Shown in pieces: positions 34,117 through 47,024 of a stretch of 64,000 nucleotides of DNA. The DNA is from an uncultured Actinomycetota bacterium. GTDB lineage: Bacteria > Actinomycetota > Actinomycetes > Actinomycetales > Dermatophilaceae. The translations under genes were made by a program, and so were the position numbers. Position 1 is the stretch's first letter, and the number at the start of each line of letters is the position of its first letter. The DNA lies in the NCBI GenBank assembly GCA_963724015.1, contig CAVRTM010000014.1, positions 427,289 to 491,288 on the forward strand. The letters are read 5' to 3'. The notes below the pieces were generated by a model. That model saw only the letters and a list, made by a program, of their open reading frames with translations. It was not told where the DNA came from and did not search any database.

Positions 34117-35560
34117 GAGTCGGCCGGCGGTGCAGCTGCGGCGGCCTTGCGGGTCCGGGACGGAGTCGCCGTGCCGCCGGCCGTGCCTGCAGCCTTCTTC
34201 GCCGCCGAGGCCTTCTTCGCCGTCGCCTTGGCGGGTGCCTTCGCCGAGGCCCTCTTGGCCGGAGCCTTGGCCGCCGCAGCCTTCGTCGCCGGGCCCTTCG
34301 CCGGCGGCGAGGCCTTCGTCGTCGGACCCTTCCTCGCCGCAGCCTTCGTCGCCGCAGCCTTCGTCGCCGTACCCTTCGTGGCCGAGCCCGTGCCGGCCGA
34401 GGCGGTCACCCGGGTGGAGCGACGGCTCGTGGCGGCGGCCGGCGTACCGGCCTTGCGGGCCTCCAGCTTGCTGGACGCCGCTGCCTTGACCGCCTCGTCC
34501 GTGGTCTGGTCCGGGGGCGGGGAGGCGCTGACCATGACGTTGCTGCCCTGGCTGTGGTTCTTGCGCGCCGCACGGCGGGACTGCTTGCGGGCCTCCTCGA
34601 TCGAGGGCGCCTCGCCCTCGGCGATCGCCTCGGTGGCGGTCACGGAGCTGCGGCCCACCTTGACCAGGCCCTTGGTGAGGGTCTCGGCGTAGATCTCGTC
34701 GGGGTCGAGCCGGCGCAGCTCGTCGGCCAGGCACTCGGCCAGCTGCCGACGCGACAGCGTGATCCGGCGCACGGGCTGCCCCGGCTGCACCAGGGTCGCG
34801 ACGACGCCGTCGGGCCGCACCAGGTCGATGTCACCGCCGCGGCGCTCCAGCCGGACGCTGACCATGCCCGTGCCCGCCCGGGTCCTGGCCCGGGTGACCT
34901 GGCACTTCAGCGTCTGGGCCAGCCACGCGGCCAGCAGGTCGGTGGAGGGGGAGTCGCTGCCACCGGTGACGGTGGCGGCGACGACCGGCTCGTACGGCGG
35001 CTGGTCCAGCGCCGCCGCCAGCAGGCCGCGCCACAGCGTGACGCGGGTCCAGGCCAGGTCGGTGTCGCCGGGCGTGTAGGTCGCCGCCCGCCGCTGCATC
35101 TCCTTGTGCGGGTTGCGTGCCTCGGCCGCATCCGTGATCCGGCGCTGGGCCATCGCACCGATGGCGTCGGCCGAGACGTCGCCCGGCGCGCCCCGGGGCC
35201 ACCAGGCCACGACGGGGGAGTCGGGCAGCAGCAGCGGGGTGATGACGCTGTCGCCGTGGTCGGCGAGGGCGCCGTACAGGCGGAGCACCACGACCTCGCT
35301 GGCGCCGGCGTCACCGCCGACCCGGATCTGGGCGTCGAGCCGGCTGGCGCCGCGCCTGTTGCCCGTCACGATCGCGATGATGCGGCAGGGGTGCTGCCGG
35401 CTGGCGTCGTTGGCCGCCTCGATCGCGTCGTCGGCGTCGCTCTCGTCGGCGACGATCAGCAGGGTGAGCACCCGGCCGAGGGCCATCGCCCCGACGTCGT
35501 TGCGCAGCCGGACGAGCTTCTTGCTCACCGCCGCTGTCGTGGTGCTGGGCAGGTCGACGA

Positions 35561-35576
<16 letters not shown>
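34113..35576 (-). CDS. opcA: Glucose-6-phosphate dehydrogenase assembly protein OpcA with an Ala/Lys/Thr/Pro-rich C-terminal extension of about 180 aa
   Basis: N-terminal 300 or so aa: VIVDLPSTTTAAVSKKLVRLRNDVGAMALGRVLTLLIV..HPCRIIAIV..VVAWWP. The tail is rich in AAK/PAK/TKA repeats. Confidence 0.88.
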
Positions 35577-37098
<1,522 letters not shown>

Positions 37099-37102
<4 letters not shown>

Positions 37103-38775
37103 GCGTCTCCTTCCGGTGTGGAGGACGTGGGCAGGCGCAGGACGGCGGCCAGCTGGGCCAGTCCCTTGTCGTGGTCGGTCAGGTGGAGCCGCAGGACCGG
37201 TCGGCCGTGGTCGGCCAGCACCTGCGCGTCGCCACCGGCCTGCGCGGCGAGGAAGTCCCCGAAGGTGAAGTCGCGCCCGGGGACGGGCAGGTCCTGGTGC
37301 GGGGTCGAGGTGATCTGCAGGTAGACCCCGGTCGCCGGGCCGCCCTTGTGGAACTGGCCGGTGGAGTGCAGGAACCGGGGCCCCCAGCCGAACGTCGTGG
37401 GCCGTTCGGTACGCCGCGCCAGGGCCCGGCGGGCCGTGGCCAGTCGGGCGTCGGCGAGCCGGTCGAGGTAGGCCATCACGGCGACGTAGCCGTGGTGCGG
37501 GTCGAGCTGGTCGAACAGGGCGTCCAGCGCCGTGGCGATGGTGCCGGCCGAGCCGAGCCAGTCGCCGCCGAGGGTGCGGACCTCGATGGCGCCGTCGGTG
37601 AAGGCGGCCCGCGCCTGCGCGCTGCCGGCGGCGTCGAGCAGGCCGCGGGCGGCCTTCTTGGCGCTCTCGACGTCGGGCTGGTCGAACGGGTTGATGCCGA
37701 GCAGGCGGCCGGCGGCGGCGGTCGCGACCTCCCACAGCATCATCTGGGCGCCGAGCGCGCCGCTGACGTGGACCTCGGAGCGCGGCGGGTCGCTGTCGGG
37801 CGTCGTGGCCGAGGGCGCCTCGTCCTCGGTGTCGCCGACGAGCCGGACGACCGTCACGTCGGCCGCGGGCCAGCGCACCTCGGGGTCGTCGGGGTTGCCG
37901 ACGACGACGGGCAGGATGCCGGTGCCCTGCTTGCCGGTGCTCTCGGCGATGAGCTGCTCGGCCCAGTCGGCGAAGCCGACGATGCCCGAGCCGCTGTCGA
38001 TGATCGCCAGCTTGTCGCGCAGCGGCGACGTGCCGGCCATGGCGGCGGCCAGGCGCAGCCCGGGGTTGGCCTCGTCGTCCTCGGCGAGCAGGTCGGAGAC
38101 CGACTCCGCCTCGTCCAGCAGGGCCTCGATGTCGGCGCCGGCCAGTCCGCTCGGGACGAGCCCGAAGGCGGTGAGCGCGGAGTAGCGGCCACCGACGTGG
38201 GGGTCGGCGTTGACGACGCGGTAGCCGGCGGCGCGGGCCTCCTGGTCCAGGGGGCTGCCGGGGTCGGTGACCACGACGATGCGGCCCGCGGGGTCGATGC
38301 CGGCCTCGGTGAACGCCGCCTCGTAGGCGCGGCGCTGGGAGTCGGTCTCGACGGTGGACCCGGACTTGCTCGAGACGACGACGACGGTGCGGTCCAGCCG
38401 GTCGGCCAGGGCCGCACGCACGACGTCGGGGGAGGAGGAGTCCAGCACCGTCAGCTCCACCCCGGCCGTGGCGCAGATGACCTCGGGTGCCAGCGACGAG
38501 CCGCCCATCCCGCAGAGGACGACGTGGTCCAGCCCCTGCTCACGCAGGTGGTCGCGCAGCGCCGCCACCTCGCCGACGAGCGGCCGCGAGGACCGGGGGA
38601 GCCCGGTCCACGACAGCCGGATCGCCGCCTCGGGCTCGGCCTCGGCACCCCACAGCGTGGCGTCCTGGGCGAAGAGCCTGCTGGCGAACCGGTCGTCGAC
38701 CAGCGCCGGCACGTGCTGGCCGACCGCGTCCGCGGCCGGGCCGGCAGCGACGACGCCGAGGGCGACGTTCGTCAC
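37099..38775 (-). CDS. pgi: Glucose-6-phosphate isomerase
   Basis: Intact, 558 aa. VVLCGMGGSSLAPEV, VVVSSKSGSTVET, GGRYSALTAFGLVP, ESTGKQGTGILPV. Its GTG overlaps the tal stop. Confidence 0.88.
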
Positions 38776-39919
38776 TTGCCCTCCTCGACGTAGGAGTCGT
38801 CGTTGGTGGCCTTGGTCAGCTCCTCCTGGACGTCGGAGAGCAGCTCGCCCCAGGACTTCTCGAACTTGTCGACACCCTCACGCTCGAGGACGTCGACGAC
38901 CTCGGCGTAGGAGATCGCCGAGGCGCTCGAGGGCGTCGAGGACCTGCTTGGCGTCCTCGTAGCTCGCCGGTCACCTGGTCCCCGGCGATGTCGCCGTGGT
39001 CGGCGACGGCCTCGAGGGTCTTGGCCGGCATGGTGTTGACGGTGTTCGGCGCGACCAGGTCGACGACGTACATGGTGTCGCGGTAGGCCGGGTCCTTGAC
39101 GCCGGTGGACGCCCAGAGCGGGCGCTGCTTGTGGGCACCCTCGGCCTCCAGCACCTGCCAGCGCGGGGTGGAGAAGACCTCCTCGTAGGCCTGGTAGGCC
39201 AGGCGGGCGTTGGCGACGCCGGCCTTGCCCTTGAGCGCCTTGGCCTCGTCGGTGCCGATCGCGTCGAGCCGCTTGTCGATCTCGGTGTCGACGCGGGAGA
39301 CGAAGAAGGAGGCGACCGAGTGGATCTGGGACAGGTCCTTGCCGGCCTGGCGGGCCTGCTCGAGGCCGGTGAGGAAGGCGTTCATCACGCCGCGGTAGCG
39401 GTCGAGGGAGAAGATCAGCGTGACGTTGACGCTGATGCCCTCGGCCAGCACCTGCGAGATGGCCGGCAGGCCCTCGACGCTGGCCGGGATCTTGATGTGC
39501 ACGTTGGGCCGGTCCACGCTCGCGCGCAGGGTCTTGGCCTCCTCGACCGTCTTGGCGGTGTCGGCCGCGAGGCGGGGGTCGACCTCGATCGACACGCGGC
39601 CGTCCTGGCCGCCCGTCGCCTCGTACAGCGGCAGGAAGATGTCGCAGGCGTTGCGCACGTCGTCGGTCGTCAGGGCGAACACCGACTCGTTGACGTCCTT
39701 GCCCTGCTGGGCGAGGTCCTTGACCTGGGCGTTGTACGCGTCACCCTCGGACAGGGCCGCGGCGAAGATCGAGGGGTTGGTCGTCACACCGACGACGGAC
39801 CTGGTCTCGATGAGCTCCTGCAGCCGGCCGCTGGTGATCAGCGGGCGGTTGAGGTCGTCGAGCCAGATGGAGACACCGGCGTCGGACAGGGCCTTGAGGT
39901 TGTCGTTCTGGTTGGTCAT
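38772..39919 (-). pseudogene. tal: Transaldolase, two apparent +1 frameshifts in the C-terminal region (about 38967 and about 38917)
   Basis: [36 protein letters not shown].. then / [16 protein letters not shown] / [32 protein letters not shown]. Its ATG overlaps the tkt stop (ATGA at 39916-39919). Confidence 0.9.
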
Positions 39920-42088
39920 GAGTTGCCTCCTGCTGCCTGGATGGATTCGGTGGCCGCTGCCACGACCGCCTCGGGCGTCAGCCCGAACTCGCGGTACAGG
40001 GTCTGGTAGTCGGCCGATGCGCCGTAGTGGTCGATGCCGATGACCCGCCCTGCGTCACCCACGACGTCGTGCCAGCCGAACGTGGTCGCGGCCTCGATGC
40101 TCACGCGGGCCTTCAGCGCCGGCGGGAGCACCTCGTCGCGGTAGGACTGGTCCTGCGCCGCGAACCACTCGCGGCAGGGCATCGACACCACGCGGGTCGA
40201 GACGCCCTGGGCCTCGAGCTGCTCGCGGGCGGCCACGGCGATGCTGACCTCGGAGCCGGTGGCGACCAGGACGACCTGCGGGTTGCCGTCGGCGCCGTCG
40301 ATGAGGACGTAGGCGCCCTTGGCGGTGCCCTCCGCCGAGGCGAACGTCTCCCGGTCGAGGACCGGGAGCGCCTGGCGGGTCAGGGCCAGGCCGGCCGGCC
40401 GGTCGGTGTGGCCGAGGATGGTGCGCCACGCGACCGCGGTCTCGTTGGCGTCACCCGGGCGGACGACGTCCAGGCCCGGGATGGCGCGCAGCGCGGCCAG
40501 GTGCTCGATCGGCTGGTGGGTCGGGCCGTCCTCGCCCAGGCCGATCGAGTCGTGCGTCCACACGTAGGTGACCGGCAGCTGCTGGATCGCGGCCAGCCGC
40601 ACCGACGGACGCATGTAGTCGGAGAACACGAGGAACGTGCCGCCGTACGGGCGGGTGAGGCCCTCGAGCGCGATCCCGTTGAGGATCATGCCCATCGCGT
40701 GCTCGCGGATGCCGAAGTGCAGCGTGCGGCCGTAGGGGCCGCCCTTCCACTCGGCGGTCTGGCGGTTGGTCGGCGACGAAGCTCTCGACGCCGCCCATCG
40801 TGGTGTTGTTGGACTCGGCCAGGTCGGCCGAGCCGCCCCACAGCTCGGGCATGGTGTCGGCGAGCGCCGTGAGGATCTTGCCGGATGCGGCGCGGGTGGC
40901 CACGCCCTTGGCGTCGGCGGGGAACACCGGCAGGGCCTCGTCCAGGCCCTCGGGCAGCTGGCGGGAGGCGACCCGGTCGAGCAGCGCGGCGCGCTCGGGG
41001 TTGGCGGCGCGCCAGTCGTCGTAGCGCTTCTGCCACGTCCGCGTGCGTCTGCTGGCCGCGGGTGATGACCTCGCGGGCGCGGGCGAGCACGTCGTCGCTC
41101 GACCTCGAAGGTCTGCTCGGGGTCGAAGCCGAGCAGCTTCTTGGTGGCCTTGATCTCGTCGTCGCCGAGCGCCGAGCCGTGGGACTTGCCGGTGTTCTGC
41201 TTGGTCGGCGCGGGCCACGCGATGATGGTCTGCAGCTTGATGAAGGTCGGCTTGTCGGTGACCTGCTTGCCCCGCTCGATGGCGTCCAGCAGCGCGTCGA
41301 CGTCCTCGGTGTAGGAGCCGCCGTCCGCCGCGGAACCGCGCCAGTCGACCGTCTCGACGTGCCAGCCGTAGGCCTCGTAGCGCTTGGCCACGTCCTCGGA
41401 GAACGAGATGTCGGTGTCGTCCTCGATCGAGATCTGGTTGGCGTCGTAGATCAGCGTGAGGTTGCCCAGCTGCTGGTGTCCGGCGAGCGAGCTGGCTTCT
41501 GCCGACACGCCTTCCATGATGTCGCCGTCCGAGGCGAGCACGTAGACGTGGTGGTCGAACGGGCTCTGGCCCGGTGCGGCGTCCGGGTCGAACAGGCCAC
41601 GCTGGCGGCGCTGCGCGAACGCCATGCCGATGGCGGAGGCCAGTCCCGAGCCGAGCGGGCCGGTGGTGATCTCGACGCCGTTGGTGTGGTGGACCTCGGG
41701 GTGGCCGGGGGTCTTGGAGCCCCACGTGCGCAGCGCCTTGAGGTCGTCCAGCTCGAGGCCGTAGCCGCGAGAGGTAGAGCTGGACGTACTGGGTCAGGCT
41801 GGAGTGGCCGCAGGAGAGGACGAAGCGGTCGCGTCCGAGCCAGTGCGAGTCGGACGGGTCGTGCCGCATGACGTTCTGGAACAGCAGGTAGGCGACCGGC
41901 GCGAGGCTCATCGCCGTACCAGGGTGTCCGTTGCCGACCTTCTGGACGGCATCGGCAGCGAGCAGCCGCGCGGTGTCCACCGCACGGACGTCGAGGTCGG
42001 TCCAGCCGGTCCGACCCACGACCGGTGCCGCCAGGGCTGCGTCACGGGTGCGGGTCTGCTCGTCCTGGGTGGAGGTCTGGTCGGTCAC
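39916..42088 (-). pseudogene. tkt: Transketolase, four apparent +1 frameshifts (about 41767, 41108, 41038, 40773)
   Basis: AVQKVGNGHPGTAMSLAP..RDRFVLSCGHSS / YGLELDDLKALRTWGSKTPGHPE..LASDGDIMEGVS.. / DDVLARAREVITRGQQTHA / EWQKRYDDWRAANPE..ELWGGSADLAESNNT / [49 protein letters not shown]. Confidence 0.92.
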
Positions 42089-42270
42089 GAGATTTCACGA
42101 CTCCTTTGTGCGGCGGCGGGTCGACCGCGGTCCGTGTGACCGCATCCGTCCCCGACGCCTGCGCCAGCGTTGATCACGACGGGATCGAGCCTAGCCCCGC
42201 AGGGTGACCCGAGTCGCATCGAGTCCAGCGAGAGGGCGTCCGTGCGGCAGCGGTAGACTCGGGACCGCCC

Positions 42271-43276
42271 ATGGGCACCCGGTTCGACTCCGAGATCCGC
42301 CCCGACCGCACCGCACCAAAGGACACCGTGACCGCTCTGGAGCCGCGCACCGAGTCATCGGCAGCCGCACCCTCGGACCTCCGCGGGACCATCCGTTCGT
42401 ACGTCGCGCTGACCAAGCCCCGCATCATCGAGCTGCTCCTGGTCACCACGTTCCCGACGATGTTCCTCGCCCAGCGAGGCGTCCCGTCGCTGTGGCTGGT
42501 CGTGGCCACCCTCGTCGGTGGCACGCTCTCGGCCGCCTCGGCCAACACCCTCAACTGCTACCTCGACCGCGACATCGACAAGGTCATGCACCGCACCGAG
42601 AACCGCCCGCTGGTCACCGGGGCGATCTCGCCGGCAGCGGCCCTGCGCTTCGGGGTCGTGCTCGGGGTCGCTGTCCTCGCTGTGGCTCGGGCTGCTGGTC
42701 AACTGGCTGTCGGCGGCCCTGTCCGTCGGCGCGATCGTCCTGTACGTCGGCTTCTACACGATGCTGCTCAAGCGGCGCACCTCCCAGAACATCGTCTGGG
42801 GCGGGGTGGCCGGCTGCATGCCGGTGCTGATCGGCTGGTCGGCGGTGACCGACTCGCTGTCGTGGTCGGCGCTCGTGCTGTTCATGATCATCTTCTTCTG
42901 GACGCCGCCGCACTACTGGCCGCTGTCGATGCGGTTCAAGGACGAGTACGAGGCGGCCGGGGTGCCGATGCTGCCCGTGGTGGCCCAGGACTCCTCGGTC
43001 GCGCGCCAGGTCGTCCGTTACAGCTGGGCGGTGCTCGCCACGTCGCTGGTGCTGGTGCCGGTCGCCGGCATGGGCTGGATCTACCTCGCCGCCGCCGTCG
43101 GCGCCGGCGTGGTGTTCCTGCTCGAGGCCTACCGGCTGCTCGCCCGGGCCAAGTCGCCGGAGAACCTCACCACCGCCTCGCTGAAGCCGATGCGCCTGTT
43201 CCACTTCTCGATCAGCTACCTCACGCTGCTCTTCCTCGCGGTCGCGATCGACCCGATCCTGCACCTGCCGCTCTGA
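42271..43276 (+). pseudogene. ctaB: Heme O synthase (protoheme IX farnesyltransferase), one apparent +1 frameshift in a G-run at about 42665
   Basis: [40 protein letters not shown] / [44 protein letters not shown]. It is divergent from tkt as in mycobacteria. The start codon is uncertain. Confidence 0.9.
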
Positions 43277-43341
43277 GCGGTGGCCCCAACCGGGGGGATG
43301 GGAGAAGGTGGGCGTCCACCGACTCGCACGAGGAGCACCTG

Positions 43342-43779
43342 ATGCCCACACGCACCGCACGCACGGCCTGGACCGGCACCCTCCAGGAAGGCTCCGGACA
43401 GGTGGAGCTCAGCAGCTCCCACGTCGGCACGTACGACGTGTCGTTCCCCAAGCGGACCGCGGAGGACGCCGGCGGCACGACCAGCCCCGAGGAGCTCATC
43501 GCCGCCGCGCACTCCTCCTGCTTCGCGATGCAGCTCTCCGCCCTCGTCGCCGAGGCCGGCGGCACCCCGCAGTCGCTGGAGGTGACGGCGAACGTCTCCC
43601 TGGGACCGGACCCGGCGGGCGGGTTCCGCCTCACCGGCATCGCCCTGGTCGTCCGGGGAGAGGTCGAGGGCCTGGATGCCGACGGGTTCGCCCGGGCGGC
43701 CCAGGCGGCCAAGGAGACCTGCCCCGTCAGCAAGGCCCTCACCGGTGTCGAGATCTCGCTGGACGCCTCCCTCGACTGA
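43342..43779 (+). CDS. OsmC family peroxiredoxin
   Basis: RBS aggag. [14 protein letters not shown]...S......SFP.R....[23 protein letters not shown]...ETCPVSKAL. Confidence 0.85.
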   Translation: MPTRTARTAWTGTLQEGSGQVELSSSHVGTYDVSFPKRTAEDAGGTTSPEELIAAAHSSCFAMQLSALVAEAGGTPQSLEVTANVSLGPDPAGGFRLTGIALVVRGEVEGLDADGFARAAQAAKETCPVSKALTGVEISLDASLD

Positions 43780-44013
43780 GGCTGCGCAGGTGCGCCGCAC
43801 CCGTGCCGGCGTGGAGTGCTGACGCGGGGTGGCCGGCCGGTGCCGCGGCGGCCGGCGCCGGAGTCTCTGGAGGACGCCCGGGCCGGCAACCGCACCGCGG
43901 AAGGACCGGACCAGAGCCGGGCCCCACGACCACCCCGCTGACCTCCGGGATACCCGGCGGAGCCCTCCTCATGCGGCGGACGGGCCTGCTGCCTACTGGC
44001 GTACGTTGTCGGC

Positions 44014-44665
44014 ATGCGGATCACTTCCCTCGGCCACGCCTGCCTCCTCGTCGAGACCGGCGACCAGCGGATCCTGATCGACCCCGGCACGTTCTCGCCG
44101 GGCTTCCAGGACCTCACCGACCTCGACGCGATCGTGGTGACCCACCAGCACGCCGACCACGTCGACGCCTCAGCGGCTGCCGGCCCTGCTGGACGCCAAC
44201 CCCGAGGCCCGGCTGCTGGTGGAGCCGCAGACGGCCGGGCAGCTGGTCGCCGCGGACCTCGCGGCGCAGCACCTGACCTCGGGGGAGACGACGCACATCG
44301 GGTCCGTCGAGCTGACTGCGGTCGGCCAGCGGCACGCGGTCATCAACGAGTTCATCCCGCGCATCGACAACCTCGGGGTGGTGCTGCGGGCCGAGGGGGA
44401 GCCCACGTTCTTCCACCCGGGTGACGCCTACGACGCCGAACCGGGCGACGTCGACGTCCTCGCGCTGCCGCTGAGCGCCCCGTGGGCCGCGGCCCGCGAC
44501 ACCATCGCCTTCGTCCGGCGGATCGCACCCCGGGTCGCCGTACCGGTGCACGACGCCCTGCTCAGCGAGGTCGGACGCGGGCTGTACCTCTCGCAGGTGA
44601 GGACCTTCGGCCCCGACGGGATGGAGCTGCGGGACCTGGCCGGCGGCGCGCCCACCGACATGTGA
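44014..44665 (+). pseudogene. MBL-fold metallo-hydrolase, one apparent frameshift near 44168
   Basis: MRITSLGHACLLVETGDQRILIDPG..AIVVTHQHADHVD / QRLPALLDANPEARLLVEP...FFHPGDAY. Confidence 0.75.
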
Positions 44666-44700
44666 CCACGGCTGTCGCCGGTCGTTGCTAGCGTCGGCGC

Positions 44701-45480
44701 ATGCAGACGGGGGCGACGCAGGCGGCACTGACGGTGCGCGGGCTGACCAAGCGGTTCGGGCCGACCCTCGCCGTCGACGCGCTCGACCTGCAGGTGCCGC
44801 GCGGGTCCTTCTTCGGGCTGGTGGGCCCCAACGGCGCGGGCAAGACGACCACGCTGTCCATGGCCACCGGCCTGCTGCGCCCTGATGCCGGCAGCGTCGA
44901 GGTGCTGGGGCACGACGTCTGGGCCGACACCGTCCGGGCCAAGCAGCTCGTGGGGGTGCTGCCCGACGGGCTGAAGCTGTTCGACCGGCTGAGCGGCACC
45001 GAGCTGGTCACCTACTCGGGCCTGCTGCGCGGCATGGAACGGGGGGTCGTCGCCGCGCGCACCGCTGAGCTGCTCGAGGCGCTCGGACTGGCCGACGCCG
45101 GCAGCATGCTCGTGGTCGACTACTCCGCCGGTATGACGAAGAAGGTGGCCTTGGCGTGTGCGCTCGTGCACGCCCCGCGGCTGCTGGTGCTGGACGAGCC
45201 GTTCGAGGCGGTCGACCCGGTCTCGGCCGGCACCATCCGCCAGATCCTCTCCGGCTACGTCGGGTCCGGGGGCACCGTCATCCTGTCCAGCCACGTCATG
45301 GACCTGGTCCAGCGGCTCTGCGACCACGTGGCGATCGTCGCCGCCGGCCGCGTCCGCGCCACCGGCACCGTGGACGAGGTCCGCGCGGGCGCGACCCTGG
45401 AGGAGCGGTTCGTCGACCTCGTCGGTGGCGGCACCGACGTCGGGGAGGGCCTGGCGTGGTTGCGCACCTCGTCCGACTGA
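44701..45480 (+). CDS. ABC transporter ATP-binding protein
   Basis: Walker A (GPNGAGKTT), signature (YSAGMTKK), Walker B (LLVLDEPF). Intact. Confidence 0.92.
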   Translation: MQTGATQAALTVRGLTKRFGPTLAVDALDLQVPRGSFFGLVGPNGAGKTTTLSMATGLLRPDAGSVEVLGHDVWADTVRAKQLVGVLPDGLKLFDRLSGTELVTYSGLLRGMERGVVAARTAELLEALGLADAGSMLVVDYSAGMTKKVALACALVHAPRLLVLDEPFEAVDPVSAGTIRQILSGYVGSGGTVILSSHVMDLVQRLCDHVAIVAAGRVRATGTVDEVRAGATLEERFVDLVGGGTDVGEGLAWLRTSSD

Positions 45481-47024
45481 AGCTGTCCCTGCTGCGCAAC
45501 GGCCTGCGGCGCAGCGTGCCCCAGCTCGTGGGGATGGTGCTGGCGGCGCTCTACGCGCTCGGGGTGGTCGGCCTCGCCGTCGCCGGCCTGGTGGCCCTCC
45601 GGCTCACCCCCGACGTCGGGGCCGCCCGCTCGGTGGTCGTCGTGCTCGGCAGTGCGCTGACGCTGGGCTGGCTCGTCGTGCCGGTGCTGCTCGGCGGGGT
45701 CGACCAGACCCTCGACCCGGCGCGCTTCGCGACGTTCGCGGTGCCCCGGCGGCAGCTGCTGGCGGGCATGCTCGCCGCCGCGCTGGTCGGCATACCGGGG
45801 GTGGTCGTGACCGTGCTCGCGCTGACGACGACGGTCACCTGGTCGCGCTCGGCGCAGGCGGTCGCGGTGGCGCTGGTGGCCGCCGTGGTGGGAGTGCTGA
45901 CCTGCGTCACCCTCAGCCGGGTGTCCACCTCGGGCCTCTCGGCGCTCGGCCAGAGCCGGCGCGGTCGGGAGATGGCCTCCGCCGCCGGGGGCCTGCTGTT
46001 CGTGGCGGCGGGGCTCGGCAGCGGGTGGATCGGCGAGCAGGTCAGCCGACCGGACCTGATGGGCTCCGCCGCCACGGTGCTGGGCTGGACGCCGTTCGGC
46101 CTGGCCTGGGCCGCCCCGGCCGACGTCGCGGCCGGCGCGCTCGGCACCGGGCTGGTGCGACTGGCGCTCGCCGTCCTCGTCCTCGCCCTGCTGCTCGGCC
46201 TGTGGGACGTGCTGCTGCGCCGGGCGCTGGAGAACCCCCGCTCGGTCAGTGTGCGCACCCGTGGCCGGGACGTCGGCGCCGGGTGGTTCGCCCGCCTGCC
46301 GGGCACCCCGACCGGCGCCGTCGCCGCGCGCGCGATGACCTACTGGCGCCGCGACGCGCGCTACGTCGTCGCGATCGGGATGACGCCGTTGCTGCCGCTG
46401 GTGCTGCTCGTTCCCGCCGCGGGCGGCAAAGAGACCTGGCTGCTCGGCATGGCACCGGTCGTGGGCTACCTGCTCGGCTGGGGCATGCACAACGACGTCG
46501 CGTACGACGGCACGGCGTTCTGGCTGCACGTGAGCACCGGTGCCCCGGGGCGCGCGGACCGGCTCGGGCGCCTGGCGCCCACCGCCGTGCTCGGGGCCGT
46601 CGTGGTTCCCGGCTACGCCGTCCTCAGCAGCGCGCTCACCGGGCGGTGGTCGATGCTGCCGGCCGACCTGGGTGCCGGCGCGGTGCTGCTCCTTTCCGGG
46701 ATCGGCGTCGCCAGCGTGCTCAGCGCCCTGAAGCCCTACCCGGTGCCGGCCGCCGGCGACAGCCCGTTCAGCAGCCCACCGGGCGCCATGGGGCTCACGC
46801 TGTTCGTCCAGCTGGTCGCCGGGGCCGCCGTCACGCTGCTCGGGGCGCCGGTGCTGGGCCTGTGGCTCGTCGCCCTCGGCGGCCCGGCGTGGGCCGGGTG
46901 GGCTGCCCTGGTCCTGGCGCTCGTCCTGGGAGCGGCCTACGTGCTGGTCGGGGTGCGGCTGGGCGCCCGGGTCTACGACCGCCGGGCGCCCGACCTGTTG
47001 AGCGACCTCGCGCGGATCCGCTAG
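45456..47024 (+). CDS. Polytopic membrane protein, putative permease partner of the ABC ATPase
   Basis: The GTG at 45456 lies 6 nt after ggggaggg and overlaps the ATPase 3' end by 25 nt. About 520 aa with many hydrophobic helices. I recognised no named domain. Confidence 0.65.
   Translation: MVAHLVRLKLSLLRNGLRRSVPQLVGMVLAALYALGVVGLAVAGLVALRLTPDVGAARSVVVVLGSALTLGWLVVPVLLGGVDQTLDPARFATFAVPRRQLLAGMLAAALVGIPGVVVTVLALTTTVTWSRSAQAVAVALVAAVVGVLTCVTLSRVSTSGLSALGQSRRGREMASAAGGLLFVAAGLGSGWIGEQVSRPDLMGSAATVLGWTPFGLAWAAPADVAAGALGTGLVRLALAVLVLALLLGLWDVLLRRALENPRSVSVRTRGRDVGAGWFARLPGTPTGAVAARAMTYWRRDARYVVAIGMTPLLPLVLLVPAAGGKETWLLGMAPVVGYLLGWGMHNDVAYDGTAFWLHVSTGAPGRADRLGRLAPTAVLGAVVVPGYAVLSSALTGRWSMLPADLGAGAVLLLSGIGVASVLSALKPYPVPAAGDSPFSSPPGAMGLTLFVQLVAGAAVTLLGAPVLGLWLVALGGPAWAGWAALVLALVLGAAYVLVGVRLGARVYDRRAPDLLSDLARIR

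Noticed and set aside
42255-42300. A tRNA-like T-arm (GGTTCGACTCC) and an AGCGGTAGA D-loop-like string between tkt and ctaB, which could be a tRNA gene or an att-site remnant
   Set aside because: I could not fold an acceptor stem, a D stem or an anticodon arm around it, and it overlaps the probable ctaB start. It is most likely chance similarity. tRNAscan-SE would settle it.
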